DNA of 35,933 bases, taken from NCBI GenBank assembly GCA_014729335.1, contig WJKC01000005.1:1-35933 (forward strand), written 5' to 3'. Below the pieces are notes generated by a model. It saw only the letters and a list, made by a program, of their open reading frames with translations. It was not told the DNA's origin and did not search any database. How positions within the stretch are numbered: the first letter of the stretch is position 1; each line of letters starts with the position of its first letter. Below are positions 15,312 to 24,619 of the stretch, one piece after another. The position numbers and the translations under genes were made by a program. The stretch comes from an archaeon (GTDB taxonomy: Archaea; Nanobdellota; Nanobdellia; WJKC01).

Positions 15312-15318
15312 TTTTTTT
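15312..15318 (+). terminator. Oligo-T (T7) tract after the OB-fold gene
   Basis: gagatttttttc lies 41 nt after the stop codon and is followed by the TATA-like cattataaaaag/cttaaaaag of the aIF2-beta gene. Confidence 0.4.
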
Positions 15319-15362
15319 CATTATAAAAAGTCTTAAAAAGAACCGCTCATATCCAATACTCT

Positions 15363-15782
15363 ATGGCATGGAATTATAAGTATGATGAATTATTGAAAAG
15401 GGCTCGCAAGCAGCTGCCAGACTCGGTTTTTAAGAGCGAGCGTTTCAAGGTGCCGAGGATTAAGGGCAGTGTCCAGGGCAACCACACCATTGTTAATAAT
15501 TTTAAACAAGTGGCTGATTATGTCAGGCGCGACCCGCAGCACTTGCTGAAGTTCCTTGTAGGCGAGTTAGCAACTCAGGCCCGGTTAAAGGGTTCAAGAG
15601 CTGACTTCACAGGGCGGTTCAGCAGCAGGGAGATTAATAAGAAAATTAATGACTATGTTGAAGAGTTTGTTAAGTGCCGGGAGTGCGGCAAGCCTGACAC
15701 TAAACTTGTGAAGCAGGACCGGTTAACTGTTATGACCTGCATGGCTTGCAGCAGCAAGAAACCAGTCAGGAGCCTTAAATGA
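15363..15782 (+). CDS. eif2b: Translation initiation factor aIF2 beta subunit
   Basis: Size (139 aa), conserved core LLKFLVGELATQARL and C-terminal C4 zinc ribbon CRECGKPDT...CMACSS. Confidence 0.88.
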   Translation: MAWNYKYDELLKRARKQLPDSVFKSERFKVPRIKGSVQGNHTIVNNFKQVADYVRRDPQHLLKFLVGELATQARLKGSRADFTGRFSSREINKKINDYVEEFVKCRECGKPDTKLVKQDRLTVMTCMACSSKKPVRSLK

Positions 15783-16051
15783 TTCACTTAAAGGTTATTA
15801 AATCAAAGGATTACCAGGTTAACATCTGCGACGAGGACTTGATTGGGAGGAAGATTAACAATACTACCATCAGCGAGTCATTCTATGGTGAGAGAACCAG
15901 CAGTGATAAAGCTCTGGCTGAGTTAAAGAAGGCGACACTTGTTAACGCGTTAGGGTCAGAAGCTGTAAAGCTGCTTAAGAAGGTTAAAGGCGACTTGAAC
16001 ACTATTAAAGTTAACGGCGTACCCCACGCCCAGTTCTTCTTAATTACTTAA
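15779..16051 (+). CDS. DUF424-family protein (COG2412-like)
   Basis: About 90 aa. N-terminal V.ICDEDLIGR and C-terminal NGVPHAQFF motifs are typical of the family commonly encoded next to aIF2-beta. ATGA overlap with the upstream gene. Confidence 0.65.
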   Translation: MIHLKVIKSKDYQVNICDEDLIGRKINNTTISESFYGERTSSDKALAELKKATLVNALGSEAVKLLKKVKGDLNTIKVNGVPHAQFFLIT

Positions 16052-16053
16052 GG

Positions 16054-16063
16054 TTTTTAAATA
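16054..16063 (+). promoter_or_regulatory. TATA box for the aIF1A gene (tttttaaata)
   Basis: Centred about 26 nt upstream of ATG 16084. This supports a leaderless start at 16084 rather than the track's TTG at 16069. Confidence 0.45.
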
Positions 16064-16083
16064 ACCTCTTGGTTCATTTACTC

Positions 16084-16434
16084 ATGACAGAGGATAAGAG
16101 CGCTCAGCAAAAGAAGGCGCCACTCCCCCGCACTGCTGAGGGAGAGATAATCAGGGTGCCTTTGCCAAAAAAGGATGAGTTAATGGGTGTTGTTGAGAAA
16201 CTGCTGGGCAATGCTCGAATGTACGTCCGCTGCACTGACGGTAAGAAGAGACTGGGACGAGTGCCTGGCGGCAAGAGGCGGGCGTTGTATATCAGGGAAG
16301 GCAACTTAGTGATTGTTAAGCCGTGGGAGTACGAGGAGGACACTAAGTGCGACATAGTGTATAAGTACCGCAAAGTACAGGTTAAGTGGTTAAGGAAGAA
16401 TGGTTACTTGGAGAAACTGGAAGAAGAATTTTAA
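16084..16434 (+). CDS. eif1a: Translation initiation factor aIF1A
   Basis: S1/OB core is EGEIIRVPLPKKDELMGVVEKLLGNARMYVRCTDGKKRLGRVPGGKRRALYIREGNLVIVKPWEYEEDTKCDIVYKY. Confidence 0.9.
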   Translation: MTEDKSAQQKKAPLPRTAEGEIIRVPLPKKDELMGVVEKLLGNARMYVRCTDGKKRLGRVPGGKRRALYIREGNLVIVKPWEYEEDTKCDIVYKYRKVQVKWLRKNGYLEKLEEEF

Positions 16435-16460
16435 TAAAGCAAATAATTAATCCTAATCTA

Positions 16461-17165
16461 ATGACTAGAGAGAAGTTCAAGGTTTATGAAGGAGTTTTTG
16501 ACAGGATTACTTTCAAAGCTCTTTACAAATTATACCCAAAGTACTTTGACAGGCTTAAAGGACCAATCAGTACTGGCAAGGAAGCTGATGTCTACTTAGC
16601 TGAGAAGGACGAGCATTACGTGGCGCTGAAGATTTACCGGATACTTGCCCGGATGTACAAGGGCTTTGATGTTTATATTAAAGATGATCCCAGGTTCAAG
16701 TCAGTCAGGAAGAACCCCCGTCAGTTAATCTTTGCCTGGACTAAGAAGGAGTATAAAAATCTGACAAGAGCGGCTGAGGCAGGGGTCAGGGTTCCAGAAG
16801 CGTTTGGTTTTCATAAGAACATCTTGGTAATGGAGTTCATTGGCAGGGGTGGTGCTGCTTCACCACTAGCTAAGCACCAGCCGCCAGAGAAACCCTCCCA
16901 GTGGAGGGACTTGGTGTACTCGTGGATTAAGCGTATGTGGGAGGATAAGAAGATGGTTCACGGTGACTTGAGTGAGTGGAACATCCTTAATCACGATGAG
17001 GAGCCGGTATTCATTGATATTAGTCAAGCGGTTCTTAAACAACACCCGTTAAGCTTAAAACTTCTTAAACGTGATGTTAATAACATGACTAGATGGTTTC
17101 AGAAGCTAGGAGTTGCTGATGACTCGTTAAAAAAGTGGTTGGAAGGTGTTATCAAAAATGTTTGA
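16461..17165 (+). CDS. rio1: RIO-type serine/threonine protein kinase (Rio1-like)
   Basis: Motifs: ISTGKEADVY nucleotide loop, catalytic VHGDLSEWNIL and metal-binding FIDISQAV. The start is set at ATG 16461, which has ttttaataaa at 16429-16438 about 27 nt upstream. The track's start at 16386 lies inside aIF1A. Confidence 0.88.
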   Translation: MTREKFKVYEGVFDRITFKALYKLYPKYFDRLKGPISTGKEADVYLAEKDEHYVALKIYRILARMYKGFDVYIKDDPRFKSVRKNPRQLIFAWTKKEYKNLTRAAEAGVRVPEAFGFHKNILVMEFIGRGGAASPLAKHQPPEKPSQWRDLVYSWIKRMWEDKKMVHGDLSEWNILNHDEEPVFIDISQAVLKQHPLSLKLLKRDVNNMTRWFQKLGVADDSLKKWLEGVIKNV

Positions 17166-17682
17166 GTACCAGTTATTAATCCCTAAGGAGCGAGTCGGAG
17201 CCTTGATAGGTGATAAAGGAAAGATGAAGCGGTTGATTGAGCGTAAAACCAGCACTAGCTTGCTAATCAAGCATGAGGAAGTCACTATCAAGGGTGATGA
17301 CTCTTACAAAGCGTGGATTTGCAGCCAGGTTGTTAAGGCTGTTGGCAGGGGTTTTAATCCTAAGGAGGCTTTGAAACTGATAAAAGAGGGCTACGTTTTT
17401 GAGTTAATTAACATAATGGATTACGCTCGTAACCAGAAGGATAAGTTCAGGTTAAGGGGCAGGGTTATTGGCGAGAACGGTAAGACTAAGAGGGGCATAG
17501 AAGGGCATACTGGCTGCAAGATAAGCGTCTTTGGGAAAACCATTGGTATTATAGGACCAGCAACCATGGTAGGAGACGCGATTGAAGCCGTTAAAATGTT
17601 GTTAGAAGGGGCTCAAACCAATTCTGTGCATAATTTTCTTGAAAAGAAGGCTAAAATGAGAGTTAAAAAAGAATTAATCTAG
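17158..17682 (+). CDS. KH-domain RNA-binding protein (Dim2/Pno1-like, COG1094-type)
   Basis: Two KH GXXG loops are present (IGDKGKMK and IGENGKTK). This is the conserved archaeal neighbourhood aIF1A-Rio-KH. ATG 17158 has ttaaaaaa at 17127-17134 about 27 nt upstream. Confidence 0.75.
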   Translation: MFEYQLLIPKERVGALIGDKGKMKRLIERKTSTSLLIKHEEVTIKGDDSYKAWICSQVVKAVGRGFNPKEALKLIKEGYVFELINIMDYARNQKDKFRLRGRVIGENGKTKRGIEGHTGCKISVFGKTIGIIGPATMVGDAIEAVKMLLEGAQTNSVHNFLEKKAKMRVKKELI

Positions 17683-17739
17683 AAAAAACAGTCCTAGACT
17701 TTGGAAAAGGATTTTTATGAGTATTTTTTTCAGGTAAAG

Positions 17740-17749
17740 TATTTAAAAG
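17740..17749 (+). promoter_or_regulatory. TATA box for top6B (tatttaaaag)
   Basis: Centred about 25 nt upstream of ATG 17770. This supports a leaderless start at 17770 rather than the track's TTG at 17701. Confidence 0.45.
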
Positions 17750-17769
17750 GGTTATGTTTCGCTTTAAAT

Positions 17770-19365
17770 ATGGTCACAGTTGCAGAGGACATAGCCAAAA
17801 CCATTAAGCAGACAAGCGTTGCAGAATTCTTTGAACGTAACCGCCACTTACTTGGTTTTGACTCAAAGATTAAAGCTCTAATCACGTGCGTAAAGGAAAC
17901 AGTTGATAACAGCCTGGATGCTTGTGAAGAAATGATTTACAAACATAAAAAAAAGAAAAAGGACTACTCTCTCCCTGAGATAATCGTCTCAGTTAAGGAC
18001 TTAAAAGATGATAATTACTTAATCAAGGTTATTGACAACGGGCCAGGCATTGTTAAGAAACAAGTGCCGCAGGTATTCACCCGGTTATTATACGGCTCAA
18101 AATTCCATCAATTAAAGCAGGGCAGGGGGCAGCAGGGAATAGGTGTCAGCGCTGCAGTACTATACGCCCAGTTAAGCACTGGCAAAGCAGCACACGTTGT
18201 CAGCAAGATTAACAGCAATTCACCAGCGTATTACTATGACCTAAGGATTGATACTCTTAAAAACAGGCCTGAAATAGTTAGTGAAGGCAAGCTTGAAAAA
18301 TTTGAGTTCGACCACGGAACAGAGGTAGTATTAGAGATTGAAGGCACCTACTTATCAAAAGGCGAGAAAAGTGTTTACGAGTACCTAAGGAGGACAAGCA
18401 TTGTTAACCCTCATGTTAGGATTTCATTCATCACACCTGAAGGTAAGAAGATTACCTTCCCAAGAGTAACCGAGCAAGTGCCTAAAGAAACTAAAAGCAT
18501 CAAGCCCCACCCATACGGCATTGACGTCGGCACAATGATTAAAATGGCTCAAGCAACCAAGTCAAGGACTTTCAAGTCATTCCTAATGAATGACTTCAGC
18601 CGGATGGGTGCTAAAACCGTCAACAACATTCTTAAGAAAGCTGAGATAAGCCCCCGGTACCGACCTGCAGAACTAACCCGCGAGCAGTACAGCAAGGTTG
18701 TTAAGATAATGCAGAAATCAAAAATAATGAACCCCCCAACTGACTGCCTTAGCCCTATTGGCGACGCCGCATTAAGAAAGAGCTTGAAAACAGACCTGGA
18801 CGCTGAGTTCGTGACAACCGTGAGCCGCTCACCAAGTGTTTACAAAGGCAACCCATTCCTTGTTGAAGCAGCCATTGCCTACGGCGGCAGCATGCCGTCT
18901 GAAAAGAGCGTTGACCTAATACGATTCGCTAACAAGGTGCCGTTGCAATACAACGCCGGCGCGTGCGCGACCTCAGAGGTTGTTAAGAAGATTGACTGGC
19001 GTCGTTACGGCCTCAACCAGAGCGGGGGGTCAGGCGTTCCTGTGGGACCGGCAATGATACTAGTGCACATGGCGAGCACGTGGATTCCATTCACAAGCGA
19101 GAGCAAGTCAGCAATCGCTCATTACAAGCCAATCATGAAGGAAATGAAACTGGCTGTACAGGACTGCGCCCGAGACTTAAAGAAGTACTTACGGAGAAAG
19201 AACCGGGCTCGCAGGGAGAAAATGAAGGTTAACACCTTCATCAAGTACGGTAAGGAACTGGTTAACCCCTTAGCCTTAATCAGCGAGTATAAAAAAGAAA
19301 AAGTTAACAAGATTATCAACCATTCATTAAAAGAGCGTTATGGTGACTTAATCAATGGTGAGTAA
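17770..19365 (+). CDS. top6B: DNA topoisomerase VI subunit B
   Basis: GHKL/Bergerat ATPase motifs ETVDNSLDA, VIDNGPGI and GRGQQGIGVSA, followed by a transducer domain. It overlaps the subunit A gene by 11 nt. Confidence 0.9.
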   Translation: MVTVAEDIAKTIKQTSVAEFFERNRHLLGFDSKIKALITCVKETVDNSLDACEEMIYKHKKKKKDYSLPEIIVSVKDLKDDNYLIKVIDNGPGIVKKQVPQVFTRLLYGSKFHQLKQGRGQQGIGVSAAVLYAQLSTGKAAHVVSKINSNSPAYYYDLRIDTLKNRPEIVSEGKLEKFEFDHGTEVVLEIEGTYLSKGEKSVYEYLRRTSIVNPHVRISFITPEGKKITFPRVTEQVPKETKSIKPHPYGIDVGTMIKMAQATKSRTFKSFLMNDFSRMGAKTVNNILKKAEISPRYRPAELTREQYSKVVKIMQKSKIMNPPTDCLSPIGDAALRKSLKTDLDAEFVTTVSRSPSVYKGNPFLVEAAIAYGGSMPSEKSVDLIRFANKVPLQYNAGACATSEVVKKIDWRRYGLNQSGGSGVPVGPAMILVHMASTWIPFTSESKSAIAHYKPIMKEMKLAVQDCARDLKKYLRRKNRARREKMKVNTFIKYGKELVNPLALISEYKKEKVNKIINHSLKERYGDLINGE

Positions 19366-20455
19366 GCGCAATAAAAAATTATTAGAGAACCTGGAGAACA
19401 TTGGAAATAAGGTTATCAAGGATTTTGAGAAGAACAAGAACCCCACTATTAAAATCCCTTCCAGAACACTGTCAAACGTTTACTTTGATGAGAAGAAGGG
19501 GATGCTGGCACTGGGCGATAAGATGATTGACCGTAACTACTTCAACCTATCACAGGCTAAGAAGTTCATGCAGACGCTGCTAATCGCGAGTAAATTGAAA
19601 GAAGTGCTTCAGAAAGGGAACACTGTTGGTCTGCGCCAGTTATTCTATATGAGCAAGCACACGCTTGAAGGATTAGAAGAGAACACCTTTGATAACCAGG
19701 ATGAGAGCGACCCGGTTGTTGAAGACATTGAAGGACTGCTTGACGCGCTTAGAGAAGAGCTTGGCATATTCGCTGCTACTAAAGGTAAAATGGCTGGTCC
19801 TTTAAAGATAAGGGATAAGGGAGACTTAATTAACACTAGCAAGCTGGGCAGCAGCGGCTACGGCATCCCCAGCATAGTGGAGGACCACGCCATCCAACTT
19901 GAGGACCATGACGCCAAGTTCATACTAGTCATTGAGAAAGAGCAGATGTGGAACCGATTAAACGAGGATAAGTTCTGGAAAAAACATAACTGCATCATCC
20001 TAACAGGCAAGGGACAACCAGCACGCGGTGACCGTCGTATGGTTAGGCGCTTGCATGAAGAACTGAAACTGCCTGTTTATGTCTTCACGGACATGGATAT
20101 CTGGGGCTACTACATCTACAGCGTCTATAAACAGGGAAGCATTAACCTAGCTCACTTCAGCACTAAGGCAGCAGTACCTGACGCCAAGTTCCTCGGGTTC
20201 AAGACCAGCGACATCAAACGGTTTGACATACCAAAAGAGCACTGGATTAAGATGAACAAGGGGGACTTAAAGCGCATCAGGGAGATAAAGGACTACGACT
20301 GGTTCAAGAATGATAAGAAATGGCAGAAAGAGTTCAAAGCACTAGTGAAATTCGGACACAAGATAGAGCAGGACGCACTAGTAGCTAAGGGCATTGAGTT
20401 CACGAGCAAAGACTACCTGCCAGTCAAGATTAAAGAAAAAGACTGGATAGACTGA
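19355..20455 (+). CDS. top6A: DNA topoisomerase VI subunit A (Spo11 homologue)
   Basis: Catalytic-Tyr region GLRQLFYMS, and a Toprim domain with LVIEKE and FTDMDIWGYYI acidic motifs. Confidence 0.9.
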   Translation: MVSKRNKKLLENLENIGNKVIKDFEKNKNPTIKIPSRTLSNVYFDEKKGMLALGDKMIDRNYFNLSQAKKFMQTLLIASKLKEVLQKGNTVGLRQLFYMSKHTLEGLEENTFDNQDESDPVVEDIEGLLDALREELGIFAATKGKMAGPLKIRDKGDLINTSKLGSSGYGIPSIVEDHAIQLEDHDAKFILVIEKEQMWNRLNEDKFWKKHNCIILTGKGQPARGDRRMVRRLHEELKLPVYVFTDMDIWGYYIYSVYKQGSINLAHFSTKAAVPDAKFLGFKTSDIKRFDIPKEHWIKMNKGDLKRIREIKDYDWFKNDKKWQKEFKALVKFGHKIEQDALVAKGIEFTSKDYLPVKIKEKDWID

Positions 20456-20521
20456 AAAACTCCAAAAGGTCTTCACCCCAAAATCGAGGCTGGGAGCGAC
20501 TGAACCCCGTAAATAAAAAAG

Positions 20522-20530
20522 CATTTAAAG
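20522..20530 (+). promoter_or_regulatory. TATA box for tRNA-Asn (catttaaag)
   Basis: Centred about 29 nt upstream of tRNA position +1. Confidence 0.4.
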
Positions 20531-20554
20531 TGAATTCCAATTATTCTATTCATT

Positions 20555-20627
20555 GCCTCGATAGCTCAGTAGGTAGAGCACATGGCTGTTAACCATGTGG
20601 TCGCAGGTTCGAGTCCTGCTCGAGGCG
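20555..20627 (+). tRNA. tRNA-Asn (anticodon GTT), no intron, no encoded CCA
   Basis: Hand-folded cloverleaf. Acceptor gcctcga/tcgaggc plus discriminator g. D stem gctc/gagc. Anticodon stem catgg/ccatg with loop ctGTTaa. T stem gcagg/cctgc with loop ttcgagt. Confidence 0.9.
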
Positions 20628-20691
20628 CTCCTAGCTTTATTTAACACTAAAAACAACACTTAAAAACACAAAAGTCATCCTATAAAAACAA

Positions 20692-21585
20692 ATGGTTAAG
20701 TGCCCGACCTGCGGAGGAGAAGCTACTTACGTGCAGCAATACAACCGTTACTACTGTTACAAATGCAAACAATACCTGCCGCAACAAGTTAAAGCACCGC
20801 AATCAACCAAGACTGGCCAGGCATTAAAACAGGCAAGCAAGGAGACAAAGATGCAGAATAACATCGGGGTTATTAACAGCTTGAAAAAAGGCACTAAATT
20901 ATTATTCAAGAACCCGGCGTTCTTCGTGCTAGCAGCTATTCCACTAACAGCCCAGGTATTAGCCACCCTGTTACTGCAAGCAGGCATTGGCCAATTAATG
21001 CAGACAGTAACCAACACCTTAATGACAGCGGTTACGACAATGAACATAAACACAATAATATCAATACTAATGGGCCCGTTAATAATAACCATCATAACCT
21101 ACGCGGTTATAGCTTTAGTACTAATGCCAATAGTCCACATAGGATTACTATTCGGTTCAAAGATGGCAATAACCCAAGGAGAAGTAAGCCTTGGACCAGT
21201 GCTAAAACAATCATTCAAGAAACTAGGCAGGTACTACCTGGGAATAATACTATTATTACTAATAAGCCTGATACCAATCGCTGGCATATTCATAACACTA
21301 ATAATGAGCTTCCTGCTGCAAGTACTAGTAATAGAGGATAAAGGAATAGGCGAGTCAGTCAAGCACGCCTGGAAATTAGGAGTAAAGAACATAGGGAAAC
21401 TACTAGTATTCGGCATCATAGGACTAGCCCTATTAATAGCTTCAGGACTGCTATTAAACCTGTTATCAGGGCTGGGAAACATCGGCTCAATAATCACGTC
21501 AGTAATAACCATATTAATACTATACCCATTATTCAGCTTATTCAACAACGTGTTATACCTGGAAGGCATTAACAAAGAATTCTGA
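20692..21585 (+). CDS. Zinc-ribbon-headed polytopic membrane protein (hypothetical)
   Basis: N-terminal CPTCGG...CYKCKQY zinc ribbon, a Gln/Lys-rich linker, then about 6 predicted TM helices. Confidence 0.6.
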   Translation: MVKCPTCGGEATYVQQYNRYYCYKCKQYLPQQVKAPQSTKTGQALKQASKETKMQNNIGVINSLKKGTKLLFKNPAFFVLAAIPLTAQVLATLLLQAGIGQLMQTVTNTLMTAVTTMNINTIISILMGPLIITIITYAVIALVLMPIVHIGLLFGSKMAITQGEVSLGPVLKQSFKKLGRYYLGIILLLLISLIPIAGIFITLIMSFLLQVLVIEDKGIGESVKHAWKLGVKNIGKLLVFGIIGLALLIASGLLLNLLSGLGNIGSIITSVITILILYPLFSLFNNVLYLEGINKEF

Positions 21586-22111
21586 TAAAATCCTCAAGCC
21601 TCTTAAACTCAAAACTTAATTTATCAATGTCTTTACAGAAGAATTCGAACAGAATAAAAGTATTCTCATTAGCAAAGAAGCGCTTATCAGGGAAGCCCTC
21701 TGTCAACGAGTACAAGAACGGGTTGCAGTCAATCGCAAGGTCTGCGAAATAAGAAGGGTTCCTAACCAGTAATGACAAGTCATTATCAAAAGCCTCAGTA
21801 AAAGCATCTTCTAAAGAATGATTATACAAGGATAACTCACTAATAGAACTAGTTGCTGGTTTAAGGTCAAGACCCGCGCCGTAATCACGAACAGTTAATC
21901 CCTGACCAACCAGTAAAGCCCTAACATAACTAGTTGAAACAGGCACCTTATTAGTTGAATTAAGATTAATCAAAACAGAGTTCTTAAAATACTTTAAATA
22001 AGCATCCTCTTCTTGTGCATTAATCAACTTAGGGCCCTTAAGCTTACCAGCAAATTGGTTAACTGCTTCAAGAGGGTTCTCATTATAGATAACGTGAACG
22101 TTCATTAACAA
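21569..22111 (-). CDS. Hypothetical cytoplasmic protein, 180 aa
   Basis: Long ORF with no recognisable motif. It has its own TATA-like element upstream on the minus strand. Its 3' end overlaps the convergent gene by 17 nt. Confidence 0.5.
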   Translation of the reverse strand: MLMNVHVIYNENPLEAVNQFAGKLKGPKLINAQEEDAYLKYFKNSVLINLNSTNKVPVSTSYVRALLVGQGLTVRDYGAGLDLKPATSSISELSLYNHSLEDAFTEAFDNDLSLLVRNPSYFADLAIDCNPFLYSLTEGFPDKRFFANENTFILFEFFCKDIDKLSFEFKRLEDFIRILC

Positions 22112-22140
22112 GAATTAACAGTTGAAATACTATTAAAACC

Positions 22141-22455
22141 TTATGATTCATCAGCTTTAAGACTCTTACTTAATGCCCTGACAAAAAAGAAGATTACCAA
22201 AGAGATAATCACAAAGTCAATGAGCGAGGCTATGAAAGAGCCGAGCTTGATAGCAAAGGGCCCTAACTGCAGAACATAATCCCGCCAAGCGTCAATAGTA
22301 GTGAAACCTAATAAGGGATTAAACAACGGCATTATAACATCACTCACCAGTGAAGTGACTATGTCATCAACCGCCCTGCCAAGAACAAAAGCAACAGCCA
22401 AGCTCAGAACCTCATACTTCCTTAAGAAAGTCTTAAAATCATCCCAAAAACCCAT
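22141..22455 (-). CDS. mscL: Large-conductance mechanosensitive channel MscL-like
   Basis: 104 aa. N-terminus F..FK.FL.K..VL.LAVAFVLGRAVDDIVTSLVSDVIMPL matches the MscL TM1/pore pattern. A second TM and a charged C-terminus follow. Confidence 0.7.
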   Translation of the reverse strand: MGFWDDFKTFLRKYEVLSLAVAFVLGRAVDDIVTSLVSDVIMPLFNPLLGFTTIDAWRDYVLQLGPFAIKLGSFIASLIDFVIISLVIFFFVRALSKSLKADES

Positions 22456-22476
22456 TAAGAAACACTAAACAATCCG

Positions 22477-24585
22477 TTACTTTTTTAGTTTTCGCTTAAA
22501 AAATAACACAATATTATCAGAGTACAGCCAGCCAAGAAAAGAAAAAATAAGAACTGGGTAGCCAATAACTAAAAAGAAGATAATCAACAAGTAATCAACT
22601 GCTTCATTACTAAAAGATTCAACACCCACCACGTCGCTCATACGGAAAAGAACAGAGTCGCCCGTAACCAGTGACAAATCAGCTGATAAGTCAGCAAAAG
22701 GTATGAAGACCTCGCCGTCAGTGAAGGCGGAGATAATCACTGGGGATGAATTACCAGATGAGTTAACCAGTAACTCATGACTACTGGAGTCAGGGTTAGA
22801 CACGTGAATCACCAAGCCAGAATTATTCAAATCAAAACTAACACTATTAATTGATAAGTTGCCATGAGTAACCTCATCATTAACAATAATAACAAAACTC
22901 TTTGTAAATAACTCATCAGCAACCAACCCACTAATACTCAACGGGTAAGCACCGCTGGAGATATTAGAAGGAAAAACATTCAACAAAGCACTAGCCCCAG
23001 CAGGAGGAACCACCACTTCCTCAGGAACAACAACCCACTCAGGAATACTTGACTGATTAAAAAAGACCGTGACAGGGGTTGAATAATCACTTGAGAAATT
23101 AATAGAAGAGGAAACACTAGTGCCGTTAGACTCAATTAATAACGGGAACTCAATTAATACGTCCCCGACGCTAAAAACAGGGGACTTAGACTGGTTAATA
23201 ATGAATAACTCGCTCTTAACCAATCCCTCATAACGAGCAATCACTAAAGCGTAACCGGTTAACACCTCATTAAAAGAGAAACCCCCCTGAGGGCTGGAAG
23301 TAACAGACTCCACTAACTCGCCGTCAATATATAATTCCACACTAGTAGCAAGGGGTGTGCCGTCACTAAGACCAACACTGCCGCTAATTAACGAGTCATT
23401 AACACTTGACTCCAACACTAAGTCATTAACAACTAATACGCCGTCAACAAACCCCTGATTACCAGAGTCATCAGAAACCCTAATCGTGAAATCGTAATCA
23501 CCAATAGTTAAATTAACATCAAGGAATAAGCGGTAAAGACCGCCCTCCTCAACAACCCTTAAGATACCACCAGGCAAGCCGGATAAACTAAACGAGGGTT
23601 TATCAACCACGTCATCAACACTAACAATTATAGAAGCATTCTCACCAGACAATAAAGAGGAGTCAACAACTTCAATCATTAATTCATCAGAAACAATAAC
23701 TGAAGTGTTAAAATAACCAGTATTACCACTATCCTCAGCAGCCAGGTTAATCAACCACTCACCAGGCTCATTAAACAATAAGTCCTTGCAGAAAACACTG
23801 CCGCAAGGATTTAACTGAACATTAAAAGACTCAGACTCAGGGGGGGTGACAGTCGCGTTAATAACATTACCTGCAAAAAACTCATTATTAGCATAACCAG
23901 CACTAACCCTTAAAGAATGAGAACCCATCCTGATAAAACGATCACTTTCAAGCCTTAACACCAAATTAGTTGGCAGCACGTTAAAAAACTCGACATCACT
24001 AATAACATTAAATAAATCACTTGAATGATTAACCCATACGCGCCAAGAAGATAATAAAGCGTCAACTGGTAACTCAAAAGAGCCAGAGTAGCCACCGTTA
24101 TCTTTATCCAAGTAAGCAGTGAAAGAATTAACCGAGTCATTAAGCATGAAGGGAATATTATCAATACCAGCCGAGCCATTAACAACTTCAACCCCTGCTC
24201 TAACACTAATAGTATCACCCCGGTTAAAAGAAGAATTATCAATTATCAAATCAAGAACCAAGAAGTTCTTCAGGTAAAGCAAGGCGTTGCTCTTATCAAG
24301 AATTGAGTTAGCAATCAAGTAAGCACTAGAGCCATTAACCCCTGATAAGTCAATAGAACTATTCCAGAAACCATTACTATCAGGCGGCACAGAACCGCAG
24401 AAGGTTTCAACACCAGCCGCAGGGTCATAAACTGACAGGGCAATATCACCCCCTTCATCAGTCACGCCGACAACATTAATAACCCCCCGGCTGATAATCG
24501 CTCCATTCTTAGGTGAAGAAATAATAACCTTAGAAAAAGCCGGGCTTAATAATAAGAATAATAAAACCAGAACTAGCCTGCGCAT
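22477..24585 (-). CDS. Secreted, C-terminally membrane-anchored surface protein (S-layer/adhesin-like), 702 aa
   Basis: Sec-type signal MRRLVLVLLFLLLSPAFS. The long body is Ser/Val/Asn/Asp-rich and beta-rich with many N-x-S/T sequons. The C-terminal TM is YLLIIFFLVIGYPVLIFSFLGWLY, followed by a basic tail KRKLKK. A TATA-like ttttaaa lies about 27 nt upstream. Confidence 0.7.
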   Translation of the reverse strand: MRRLVLVLLFLLLSPAFSKVIISSPKNGAIISRGVINVVGVTDEGGDIALSVYDPAAGVETFCGSVPPDSNGFWNSSIDLSGVNGSSAYLIANSILDKSNALLYLKNFLVLDLIIDNSSFNRGDTISVRAGVEVVNGSAGIDNIPFMLNDSVNSFTAYLDKDNGGYSGSFELPVDALLSSWRVWVNHSSDLFNVISDVEFFNVLPTNLVLRLESDRFIRMGSHSLRVSAGYANNEFFAGNVINATVTPPESESFNVQLNPCGSVFCKDLLFNEPGEWLINLAAEDSGNTGYFNTSVIVSDELMIEVVDSSLLSGENASIIVSVDDVVDKPSFSLSGLPGGILRVVEEGGLYRLFLDVNLTIGDYDFTIRVSDDSGNQGFVDGVLVVNDLVLESSVNDSLISGSVGLSDGTPLATSVELYIDGELVESVTSSPQGGFSFNEVLTGYALVIARYEGLVKSELFIINQSKSPVFSVGDVLIEFPLLIESNGTSVSSSINFSSDYSTPVTVFFNQSSIPEWVVVPEEVVVPPAGASALLNVFPSNISSGAYPLSISGLVADELFTKSFVIIVNDEVTHGNLSINSVSFDLNNSGLVIHVSNPDSSSHELLVNSSGNSSPVIISAFTDGEVFIPFADLSADLSLVTGDSVLFRMSDVVGVESFSNEAVDYLLIIFFLVIGYPVLIFSFLGWLYSDNIVLFFKRKLKK

Positions 24586-24619
24586 AGAACTAAACTAGGA
24601 AATCATTGTTTAAAAGGGT

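Noticed and set aside
12506-17769. N-terminal extensions of track ORFs using GTG/TTG or upstream ATG starts (12506, 16069, 16386, 17146, 17701).
   Set aside because: The extensions overlap the preceding gene or contain non-conserved-looking residues. A TATA box phased about 26 nt upstream, or an SD (for mcm), supports the downstream ATG. The 12506 GTG for mcm remains a possible leaderless alternative.
20484-20490. tcgaggc about 65 nt upstream of tRNA-Asn, matching the 7-nt 3' acceptor strand of that tRNA. It could be a fourth tRNA-end copy.
   Set aside because: It is only 7 nt, lies upstream rather than downstream, has no adjacent hairpin or TGTTA motif, and has roughly a 1 percent chance of occurring in a 200-nt neighbourhood. 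That is too weak to count as part of the pattern.
20643-20667. Near-tandem repeat aacactaaaaac/aacacttaaaaac upstream of the zinc-ribbon membrane protein gene.
   Set aside because: It has only two short A-rich units overlapping the predicted TATA region. It is most simply a promoter-region duplication or low-complexity sequence.
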